From: a bacterium
GTDB taxonomy: Bacteria; Vulcanimicrobiota; Xenobia; Xenobiales; Xenobiaceae
Reading direction: 5' to 3'
NCBI GenBank assembly: GCA_017444045.1
Contig: JAFSXO010000047.1
Span: 1 to 37,579, forward strand
DNA length: 37,579 nucleotides
Shown here piece after piece: positions 8,140 to 15,318 of this stretch. Position numbers and translations under genes: made by a program. The number at the start of each line of letters is the position of its first letter. Within the stretch, counting starts at the first letter, position 1. The notes under the pieces were generated by a model that did not search any database, was not told the origin of the DNA, and saw nothing but the letters and a program-made list of their open reading frames with translations.

Positions 8140-8928
8140 ATGAAGATCAACCCTACTGCTCATGTGCATCCCGATGCTCAATTGGCCGACGATGTCGAAA
8201 TAGGGGCTTTTACCATAGTTGGCCCCAACGTTAAGATCGGCGCGGGTACGGAGGTTCGTTCATCGTGTGTCTTAGATGGCTGGACTGAAATCGGGGAGCA
8301 CAATATTATTTTCCCCGGTGTGGTGATCGGAACGGAGCCTCAGGATTTTGGGTATCACGGCGAGCGCTCCTTTGTCAAAGTGGGGGACCGCAATATCCTG
8401 CGCGAGTATGTGACTATCCACCGCGGTGCTCACGAAGATACTACCACCATTGTGGGCAGCGATAATATGCTGATGGCTTATGTGCATGTCGCCCATAACT
8501 GTAGAGTAGGCAACCAGGTTACCATCGCCAATTATGCCGGTATGGCCGGGTATGCCAGCGTAGATGACCAGGCTGTGCTGGGCGGACTGTGCGGGCTGCA
8601 TCAGTTCGTGCGCATCGGCCGTCTGTGCATGGTGGGCGGGCTTTCTAAGGTCAATAAAGACGTGCCGCCCTTCTGCATGGCCGACGGCAATCCCATGAGC
8701 TTGTTTGGCACCAATTTCCGCGGTATGCGCCGCCGCGATATAAATTCCGAAGCCCGCAATGCGGTAAAATCGGCCTTTAATATTCTGTGCTCGCGATCCC
8801 TGTCCGTTCCCGCGGCAATCGAAGCCATCGAGCGCGATGTGCCCCAGCTTCCCGAGGTTGAAGAATTTGTGCGCTTCCTGCGCGAAAAGTCGCGCATGGG
8901 CGTGCTGACGCGCGCTGGTAAAGAATAG
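8140..8928 (+). CDS. lpxA: Acyl-ACP--UDP-N-acetylglucosamine O-acyltransferase
   Basis: SD 'gagagga'. Hexapeptide repeats from 'MKINPTAHVHPDAQLADDVEIGAFTIVGPNVKIG'. Motif 'HVAHNCRVGN'. Helical C-terminal domain. Size 262 aa. Confidence 0.93.
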   Translation: MKINPTAHVHPDAQLADDVEIGAFTIVGPNVKIGAGTEVRSSCVLDGWTEIGEHNIIFPGVVIGTEPQDFGYHGERSFVKVGDRNILREYVTIHRGAHEDTTTIVGSDNMLMAYVHVAHNCRVGNQVTIANYAGMAGYASVDDQAVLGGLCGLHQFVRIGRLCMVGGLSKVNKDVPPFCMADGNPMSLFGTNFRGMRRRDINSEARNAVKSAFNILCSRSLSVPAAIEAIERDVPQLPEVEEFVRFLREKSRMGVLTRAGKE

Positions 8929-8933
8929 CGCTT

Positions 8934-10121
8934 ATGAGCGCCCGGCGTTTAAAAATCGCCTTTGTCGCCGCTGAACCGTCGGGCGACTGGCAGGCCGGAG
9001 CCCTGGCGCAGGCTATAGCAGATAGCGGCGCCGATGCCGAAATGTGCGGCGTGGGCGGTTCCTGTATGGAAAAGGCCGGAGTAAAGGTCTGGCTTAACTC
9101 TCAGGATGTGTCCTGCATAGGGCCTGGCGACGCTTTGGGCAGAATCCCTTATTTTTATGCTTCGTATTTTAAGCTAAAGTCTTACCTGAAGCAGATGCGG
9201 CCCGACATTACGGTAATGCTCGATTCGCCAGCTCTGAATATGCGTCTGGCCAGGTTTCTGCGCCTCCAGGATCTGCGCTCGCTGTACTATATTCCGCCTT
9301 CGGCTTGGACGACGAGCGCCAAGCGCCTGCGCAGTATTCATCAGCGCACCGACGGGGTTGTATGTATATTCCGGCCCAATGCCGAGCGCTACGCCGAATT
9401 AGGGCTAAAGGTGGGCTATTTCGGGCATCCTATTGTCGATATGTATAGTCTGGATTCCCAGAGTCCAGAAGAAGCCCGCCGTGAATTGGGTACCGATAAG
9501 CCGGTGCTGGCCGTCCTGCCTGGCAGCCGCCGGCAGGAGGTCGACAATCTTTTGCCGCGCTTTGTGGATATAGCCGAGCTTTTTTTGGCCGAACACCCAG
9601 AAGCCGAGGCTTTGATCCCTTGCGCTACCGAGGCACTTCATGAAAAGATCGGGCGCTATCTGGGAGAGGACCATCCCAAGATTAAGGCGGTGTTGGGGCA
9701 TACCCGTCAGGCGCTGCGGATCGCTCGTGTAGCTTTAACCGCTTCCGGTTCGGCGACCTTGGAGGCGGCCATGTGCGGCGTGCCTATGGCCATCTGCTAC
9801 CGTTTCGGCATGGTCAATTGGGTGCTGGGCAGAGCTTTGATCCTGGCCGGTCTTTTGCGGGTTGAGCATTTCGGACTGCCCAATTTGGTAGCAGAGAGCC
9901 GTATCTGTCCTGAGCTTCTGCAGCATGAGGTCTGCCCGGAAATGCTGATGCCTATATTGCGGGAGCTTTGGGACGATACGCCCCGCCGGGCGCAGATGGT
10001 GGCGGATCTGGCTAAGGTTAGGGAAGCGCTGGGTCAGCCTGGGGTACTGCGCCGCGTGGCGCATGCGGTCGTGTCTATGGCTGAGGGGATGACCTTGGCA
10101 GAAGCCGTGGAGCGAGCTTAG
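8934..10121 (+). CDS. lpxB: Lipid-A-disaccharide synthase
   Basis: Motifs 'KIAFVAAEPSGDWQAG', 'LAVLPGSRRQEV' and 'ASGSATLEAAMCGVPM'. Starts 5 nt after the lpxA stop. Confidence 0.9.
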   Translation: MSARRLKIAFVAAEPSGDWQAGALAQAIADSGADAEMCGVGGSCMEKAGVKVWLNSQDVSCIGPGDALGRIPYFYASYFKLKSYLKQMRPDITVMLDSPALNMRLARFLRLQDLRSLYYIPPSAWTTSAKRLRSIHQRTDGVVCIFRPNAERYAELGLKVGYFGHPIVDMYSLDSQSPEEARRELGTDKPVLAVLPGSRRQEVDNLLPRFVDIAELFLAEHPEAEALIPCATEALHEKIGRYLGEDHPKIKAVLGHTRQALRIARVALTASGSATLEAAMCGVPMAICYRFGMVNWVLGRALILAGLLRVEHFGLPNLVAESRICPELLQHEVCPEMLMPILRELWDDTPRRAQMVADLAKVREALGQPGVLRRVAHAVVSMAEGMTLAEAVERA

Positions 10122-10129
10122 GTACGGCC

Positions 10130-11299
10130 ATGGATGTTATCATTACCAGCAATTCTCCCGGCGAGCTTTCGGCTTGGGTAGCGCCTTTTGTGGCCTGCTT
10201 ACGGCAGCGCCATCCCGACTGGCATATCTATCTGGCTTTAGTGCCCTGTCCTTTCGCCACTGGACGCGAGGCGGAATATGCTAGGCGCATTGAAGGGCTG
10301 GCCGCTATTTGGACTCCCTGGCAAACCCTGAAAATACTATTGGGAGGGCGTTTGCCGGTGCCGCGGGCCGAGCGGGGCCTGGTCGTTTATTTGGGCGGAG
10401 AAGCCTGGCACGCCTGGGGGTTAAGCCGGCGCTGGCGTTATCCCTGGGCGGCTTATGCTGTGCGCGATAACTGGCTGTGGCGCAAATGCTCAAGGGTAGC
10501 GTCCCAGCGCTTGGATTTGGCGCTTAAACTAGAGGCAGCCGGAGTCTGTGCCGCCCATGTCGGCTTTATTGGCTGGCCGGCTCCGCAGCGCCAAGGCGAA
10601 AGCTCTGAGGATCTGTGCATCGGCATTTTTCCGGGGTCGCGCATGCTGATGCTGCGCTATACCTTGGGGCCGTTTTTAGAGCTAATCCGGCTGCTTAAGC
10701 TGCGCCTGCCTCAGGCTAGGTTCATTCTGGCGGTATCGCCGTTTGTTAGTCGGCAGGATGTGGAGGGCATACTGCGCCGTCCCGGACGCTGCGGATTGGC
10801 CTATAGAACTGGCGCGCTGTGCGGCAATACCCTTCAGATAGAAAGCGGGCCTGAAGTCGAGGTCTGCTGGGGTGAGCCGCGGAGGGCTATTGAGCAGATT
10901 GACGCGGCTATATCCGTACCGGGAACCAATACCGGCGAAATAGCGGCCGCCGGCAGAGCTTTAATCGTCGGCCTGTCCTGCAATATACCTGTCCCTAGCG
11001 GAGGCCTAGGCTGGCTTCTGGAGCGCATTGGCATAAGCCGCTGGCTGCGCAGCTGGCATATGCGCCGTTATAAGCGGGAGCGCTTCGCCTCTCTGCCAAA
11101 TAGGTGGGCGGGTGAGATGATTGCTCCCGAGATAATAGCCGATGACGATTTAACCGATCTGGCTAACCGCGTAGCCGAGCTTTTTGCCGATCCCCTGAAG
11201 CGCGATGAGCTGGGACGGCGTTTGGCTCTGACCATGGGCGATCCTGGCGAAGCTGTGCGGCGTTTAACGGGTTTTATAGCTGATGACAGACAGAATTAG
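10130..11299 (+). CDS. LpxB-like (GT19-like, GT-B fold) glycosyltransferase paralogue, function unknown
   Basis: Shares the positional motifs of LpxB: 'IITSNSPGELSAWVAP' (compare 'EPSGD'), 'IGIFPGSRMLM' (compare 'LPGSR') and 'SVPGTNTGEIAAAGRALIV' (compare 'SGSATLEAAMCGVPM'). Starts 8 nt after lpxB. Confidence 0.5.
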   Translation: MDVIITSNSPGELSAWVAPFVACLRQRHPDWHIYLALVPCPFATGREAEYARRIEGLAAIWTPWQTLKILLGGRLPVPRAERGLVVYLGGEAWHAWGLSRRWRYPWAAYAVRDNWLWRKCSRVASQRLDLALKLEAAGVCAAHVGFIGWPAPQRQGESSEDLCIGIFPGSRMLMLRYTLGPFLELIRLLKLRLPQARFILAVSPFVSRQDVEGILRRPGRCGLAYRTGALCGNTLQIESGPEVEVCWGEPRRAIEQIDAAISVPGTNTGEIAAAGRALIVGLSCNIPVPSGGLGWLLERIGISRWLRSWHMRRYKRERFASLPNRWAGEMIAPEIIADDDLTDLANRVAELFADPLKRDELGRRLALTMGDPGEAVRRLTGFIADDRQN

Positions 11300-11873
11300 C
11301 GGTTTTGTTTTTAAATGGCGGGGCGGTTTGATGGCGGTTTTTGCTCTGCTGATGCTGGTGATGGCGCGTCCCACACGGCTGTCCCTGGATTGGGGAATCT
11401 CCGTTTCCATTCTGGGGGAGCTGTGGCGTTTGTGGGCTTTGGGGTACAGCGGTGAGCATACGCGGGGCACCGAGGTGGCGGCGCCGCGGCTGATAACCTC
11501 AGGCCCTTTTTCGGTGTGCCGCAATCCTCTTTATTTGGGAAATGCTCTCAATTCCTTGGGGGTAACGGTGGCTGTCTGCGGCGGCTGGCCGCTGCCGATC
11601 AGGCTGGGCCTGCTGGGATGCTGCGCATTGGCTCTGGCGCTGGTTTACGGTTGCTGCGTGAGAGCTGAGGAGCGGTTCCTGCGCGAAAGGTTTGGCAGCG
11701 CCTATGATGATTACTGCCGGCGCACCCCGCGCTTTTTCCCCCGTCGCTGGCCGACACCGGCCAGCCGCGAGGAGGGCTTCTGCTGGGGTAATTTAGGCTT
11801 CGAAAAGGTTACCCTGATTTGGTGGGTGCTCTGCTGGAGCTATTTGCATTGCAGATACATTGGTGTTCTGTAG
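11283..11873 (+). CDS. ICMT/PEMT-family integral membrane methyltransferase
   Basis: Overlaps the upstream ORF by 17 nt. Several TM segments. Family signature 'LITSGPFSVCRNPLYLGN' and 'AEERFLRERFGSAYDDYCRRTPRFFP'. Confidence 0.8.
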   Translation: MTDRISGFVFKWRGGLMAVFALLMLVMARPTRLSLDWGISVSILGELWRLWALGYSGEHTRGTEVAAPRLITSGPFSVCRNPLYLGNALNSLGVTVAVCGGWPLPIRLGLLGCCALALALVYGCCVRAEERFLRERFGSAYDDYCRRTPRFFPRRWPTPASREEGFCWGNLGFEKVTLIWWVLCWSYLHCRYIGVL

Positions 11874-11887
11874 TGGGGCCATGCTGC

Positions 11888-11950
11888 TGCGGAAGCTGGT
11901 GCGGCGCGAATATGTTCGCGAAACACTGACTAAACGACACTGGCTCTAGG
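11888..11950. repeat. Palindromic intergenic repeat, copy B (right arm only)
   Basis: 'tgcggaagctggtgcggcgcgaatatgttcgcgaaacactgactaaacgacactg' matches the right arm of copy C with only a handful of mismatches. Confidence 0.8.
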
Positions 11951-12026
11951 ATAGCAATGTTGGAGCAGGTATATTAAGGCTGAAGCTGAACAAATTAACC
12001 CGATTTTTTATGTTTGTGAGAATGTT

Positions 12027-12359
12027 ATGAGCAATCGTGGCAATGGCCGCAAAAACCGCGCCGTCAGTACCGAAAAGAAAACTGATCCAAAAGAGCTTCA
12101 GCAGGTGGATGAGATGCGCTCGCAGATGGTGCTGGCAGTCGTAGGCTTTGCTGCTTTTGGTTTTTTGGTGGGCTTCTTGTGGGGCGCGAACCATATGGTA
12201 GCTGAGGTGCACAGCAGCTCTCCTCTGTACCAGGCTGCAAAGGTGGGCTGTTTGGTAGCAATTAATACCGCTGATTTTGGCCGCGGTGCGCTCATGGGTG
12301 TAATCGGATCCTGTTTGGGCGGAGCTTTTGGCTATTCGCTTTTCCTGCCGCGCCGCTGA
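12027..12359 (+). CDS. Small membrane protein (two predicted TM segments, glycine-zipper-like C-terminus), hypothetical
   Basis: 110 codons with a basic N-terminus, 'MVLAVVGFAAFGFLVGFLWG' and 'GALMGVIGSCLGGAFGYSLF'. The SD is weak. A competing antisense ORF looks less protein-like. Confidence 0.45.
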   Translation: MSNRGNGRKNRAVSTEKKTDPKELQQVDEMRSQMVLAVVGFAAFGFLVGFLWGANHMVAEVHSSSPLYQAAKVGCLVAINTADFGRGALMGVIGSCLGGAFGYSLFLPRR

Positions 12360-12365
12360 CGGACT

Positions 12366-13070
12366 GTGATAATTTTTCATAGCAATGATGTGCATGGCCA
12401 TGAGCATGAGCTTAAGCGGCTGTGCTTAAAGCATCGGATGCAGAAGGGTGCGCTGTGGTTTGACAGCGGGGATGCGCTGAGGGGCTCTAATACGGTATTT
12501 CGCTGGCATGAGCCTGTGCTTTCTTTGATGGGCGAACTGGGCTGCACAGCCATGGCAATGGGCAACAGAGAGTTTAACTATCAGCGCTGGGTGATGCGGC
12601 GCCGTGCCCGTGAGCGTTCTTTTCCTCTGCTGTGCGCCAACCTTTGCGATCTGCGCGGCTCGCTTCCTGCTTGGCAGGAGATGCTTACACTGCAGTCGCC
12701 TGAGGGAATGCTGACTGTGCTGGGAGCTACACCCGTACAGTATCCTGTCGGCAGCTTCTGGGAAAAGGTGTTCGGATTTCGCTTCATCGATCCCATGAAG
12801 GCCTTGCCCCCGCTTGCCGAAGCCGCAAGCCAGCGCGGTGAGGCTGTTGTGCTGCTTTCGCATTTGGGAGCCGACGTGGATAAAGAGCTGGCTCCCTTGC
12901 TGCCGGCTGGCACGCTTATTCTGGGAGGGCATACGCATACCGTTTTGTCTGAGCCTTTAAGCGTTAATGGATGCTGGATCGTTCAGACCGGCGCTTTTGC
13001 GCGCTATTTGGGCAGAATAGATTACGACGTACGCAATCGCTGTCTGAACGGTTACGCTTTGCTTGAATAA
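12366..13070 (+). CDS. Calcineurin-like metallophosphoesterase (5'-nucleotidase/UshA N-domain-like)
   Basis: GTG start. Ordered motifs 'IIFHSNDVHGH' (DxH), 'FDSGDALRGS' (GDxxxR), 'MGNREFN' (a GNHE variant with Arg), 'LLSHLG' and 'LGGHTHT' (GHxH). Confidence 0.8.
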   Translation: MIIFHSNDVHGHEHELKRLCLKHRMQKGALWFDSGDALRGSNTVFRWHEPVLSLMGELGCTAMAMGNREFNYQRWVMRRRARERSFPLLCANLCDLRGSLPAWQEMLTLQSPEGMLTVLGATPVQYPVGSFWEKVFGFRFIDPMKALPPLAEAASQRGEAVVLLSHLGADVDKELAPLLPAGTLILGGHTHTVLSEPLSVNGCWIVQTGAFARYLGRIDYDVRNRCLNGYALLE

Positions 13071-13078
13071 TTAATAAT

Positions 13079-13245
13079 CAATGTCGTTTAGTGAAGCCCA
13101 TGTAGATACAATTGATGACTGTCATTCGCAGATTATAGCGCGTAACCAGTTCCGCGCAAGGCACATCTGAGCGCTGCGAAGCAGTGCCGGCGCGGAAGCT
13201 GGTGCAGCGCGAATATAATCGCGAAATACTAACTAAACGACATTG
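13079..13245. repeat. Palindromic intergenic repeat, copy C (most complete, ~167 bp, terminal inverted repeats)
   Basis: The left end 'caatgtcgtttagt' (13079-) is the reverse complement of the right end 'actaaacgacattg' (-13245). The inner arms 'ccagttccgcgc' and 'gcgcggaagctgg', and 'ggcac' and 'gtgcc', also pair around a central loop 'atctgagcgctgcgaagca'. Confidence 0.85.
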
Positions 13246-13332
13246 TTCCGTTAAGAAGGCAAAATTTCTTAAAACAAGAAGTTTCTTTTTTCTGTAATTC
13301 TCTAAAATTTGAGTTTTTCGGAGAGGGCAAGC

Positions 13333-14568
13333 GTGGGACAGCCTAGAGTTTTATTGTTGTCAAATGGGGCTGGCGAAGATTCTATTGCGGTGCAGATTAT
13401 TCGGCAGCTGCAGAAGGTAGACTGTGAAGCCATGCCATTGGTGGGCACCGGAGTCGGTTATGCCGATATCGCACCGCTTATCGGGCCGCGGCGTATTCTC
13501 CCCAGCGGCGGACTGGTCCCCGAGGATTACACCCGCATAACCCGCGATATTATGAAGGGCGGAATGCTAAGCCTGATATACCAGCAGTTCCGCTGTCTGC
13601 GCCGTATGCGCCACCATTACGATGCGGTAGTAGCTGTCGGCGATATGTGGGCGGTTATTATGGCTGTGCTTGGCGGTATTAGGCCAGTTCTGTTTATCGG
13701 TACGGCAAAATCTGCCTATCATCACGAGTATTCTCGGCTTGAAGCGGCTTTTTTGCGCACTTTTAGAATCCGCGCTTTGGTGCGCGATGAAATAACCGCG
13801 GTTAGGCTGCGCAAGCACGGAGTTATCGCAGCTTGGGTTGGCAACGCCATTATGGATGGCCTGGAGCCATCTGGCTGTGATTTGGGGCTAAAGGATAACG
13901 AAGCCGGCCTGGCTATGTTCCCCGGCAGCCGCGAGGGGACGTATAGGGCGTTGTCGCCGATGCTGGCCGCGTACAGGATCCTGTTGGAGCACGCCCTGCA
14001 GAATGGCTCTGTTATTCCCCGTGCTTTGGTGATGCTGGCTCCTTCGGTCAATATGGCGCGCCTGGCTTCGAGCTGTCCCGGGTATCATTGGAAGGATTTA
14101 GAGTGCGACACCGGAATCGTCGGCGAGCTTTCGCATGGCCATGACGATAAGTATCCGATACAGCTGGTGCGCGGTGTTATGGCCGACGTGCTGTCCGCCA
14201 GCCGTGTAGCTATCGGGCAGGCCGGTACAGCGCACGAGCAGGCGGCAGGCTTTGGTCTGCCTGTCGTGGCCTTTGACTGCCCTTCTTCTCCGCGTGAATC
14301 CTTGGGGTGGTATCGCGGTCGTCAAAAAGGTCTTTTAGGTGAGGCTTTGTCGGTCGTTCCCAATACCCTGGAGGCTATGGTTTCAGAGATTGAGAAGCTC
14401 TGGAATGACGAAGCCGAGAGGCGCCGCCGCGGGGTTATCGGCCAGCAGCGTATGGGGCCTCCTGGAGCCTCGCGAGGCATGGCAGAGGTTATCGAGCGCT
14501 TGGCTATGGGCCAGCGCCTGAGCAGCCGCGATATGTACATGTGCTCACAGATGGGAATAAGGCGTTAG
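13333..14568 (+). CDS. LpxB-related glycosyltransferase-like protein (resembles the cyanobacterial 'lipid-A-disaccharide synthase-related' family)
   Basis: I prefer the GTG at 13333 (SD 'ggagaggg') over the ORF-track TTG at 13309. Motifs 'LLLSNGAGEDSIAVQI', 'LAMFPGSREGTY' and 'IGQAGTAHEQAAGFGLPVV' parallel the LpxB motifs. Confidence 0.6.
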   Translation: MGQPRVLLLSNGAGEDSIAVQIIRQLQKVDCEAMPLVGTGVGYADIAPLIGPRRILPSGGLVPEDYTRITRDIMKGGMLSLIYQQFRCLRRMRHHYDAVVAVGDMWAVIMAVLGGIRPVLFIGTAKSAYHHEYSRLEAAFLRTFRIRALVRDEITAVRLRKHGVIAAWVGNAIMDGLEPSGCDLGLKDNEAGLAMFPGSREGTYRALSPMLAAYRILLEHALQNGSVIPRALVMLAPSVNMARLASSCPGYHWKDLECDTGIVGELSHGHDDKYPIQLVRGVMADVLSASRVAIGQAGTAHEQAAGFGLPVVAFDCPSSPRESLGWYRGRQKGLLGEALSVVPNTLEAMVSEIEKLWNDEAERRRRGVIGQQRMGPPGASRGMAEVIERLAMGQRLSSRDMYMCSQMGIRR

Positions 14569-14774
14569 AAGGCTCGCTGTCAGAAAAGGAAGGAAGATTG
14601 ATGGGCCGTCTTTATTTGTTCTTTATGAAATATTAACATTTTTTGCCTAGTATTTTGGCAGGGATATACGTAGACTTAAAACAATCATATATCGCTGGGC
14701 TTCATGCCCTGATTCTTAGCTAGCCCGAAATGTTATTATTTATGTCACTTGGGCTGGTAAAGGGAGTGTGACAA

Positions 14775-15197
14775 ATGTTAAAGGGTCGTATTAATAGAGG
14801 TTTTACCCTCATCGAACTCATGATTGTTATTTCGATTATCGGTGTGTTAGCTGGAATCATGGTGCCTAACTTTATGCGCGCCCGTTCTGAAGCCAACCTT
14901 TCTGGATGCGAGTCGAACCTAAAGAATATAAGTACTGCTATTGAAATGTATTTGGTTCGCCACAAGACTCTGCCTTCTGACAATATGGAATTCCTGACCG
15001 AAGATGCTGGCGGCGGTCCCTGCCTCAAGTCCTTGCCCAAGTGCCCCTCGACAGGTACTGTTACTTACACGTTAACAATTGATACTGATAATCCCACTAT
15101 GTACACCGTATCCTGCGGTGGCACTAACCACAGCGGCTGTGATATTCCTACCGACTACCCCTGCTACGTGGCTGGCAAGGGTCTGATTGAGCACTAA
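14775..15197 (+). CDS. Prepilin-type (type IV pilin / T2SS pseudopilin-like) protein, Cys-rich
   Basis: SD 'gggag'. Class III signal 'NRG|FTLIELMIVISIIGVLAGI', with Gly at -1, Phe at +1 and Glu at +5. Six Cys in the globular part. AT-rich upstream region and a strong downstream terminator. Confidence 0.85.
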   Translation: MLKGRINRGFTLIELMIVISIIGVLAGIMVPNFMRARSEANLSGCESNLKNISTAIEMYLVRHKTLPSDNMEFLTEDAGGGPCLKSLPKCPSTGTVTYTLTIDTDNPTMYTVSCGGTNHSGCDIPTDYPCYVAGKGLIEH

Positions 15198-15236
15198 ACA
15201 TAGAGCTATTCAAGCTTCATAAACATGAAATAAGAA

Positions 15237-15264
15237 AGCGCCAAATGAGCATTTGGCGCTTTTT
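15237..15264. terminator. Bidirectional intrinsic terminator between the convergent pilin and truD genes
   Basis: A perfect 11-bp stem 'agcgccaaatg'/'catttggcgct' is followed by 'ttttt' on the + strand and by a T-rich tract on the - strand. Confidence 0.8.
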
Positions 15265-15318
15265 TATTGCATGAGATATAGCTAAACGCTGTAAAATCCG
15301 GCTGGGCGGGGCGGCTGG

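Noticed and set aside
11946-12407. 153-aa minus-strand ORF opposite the small membrane protein
   Set aside because: It runs into repeat copy B and across the start of the phosphoesterase gene. Its sequence is not protein-like, so the + strand 110-aa ORF is preferred, though only with modest confidence.
14655-14675. Sigma-54-like 'TGGCAG' element upstream of the pilin gene
   Set aside because: The required -12 'TTGC' element at the correct spacing is absent ('tggcagggatatacg'), so the motif is incomplete.
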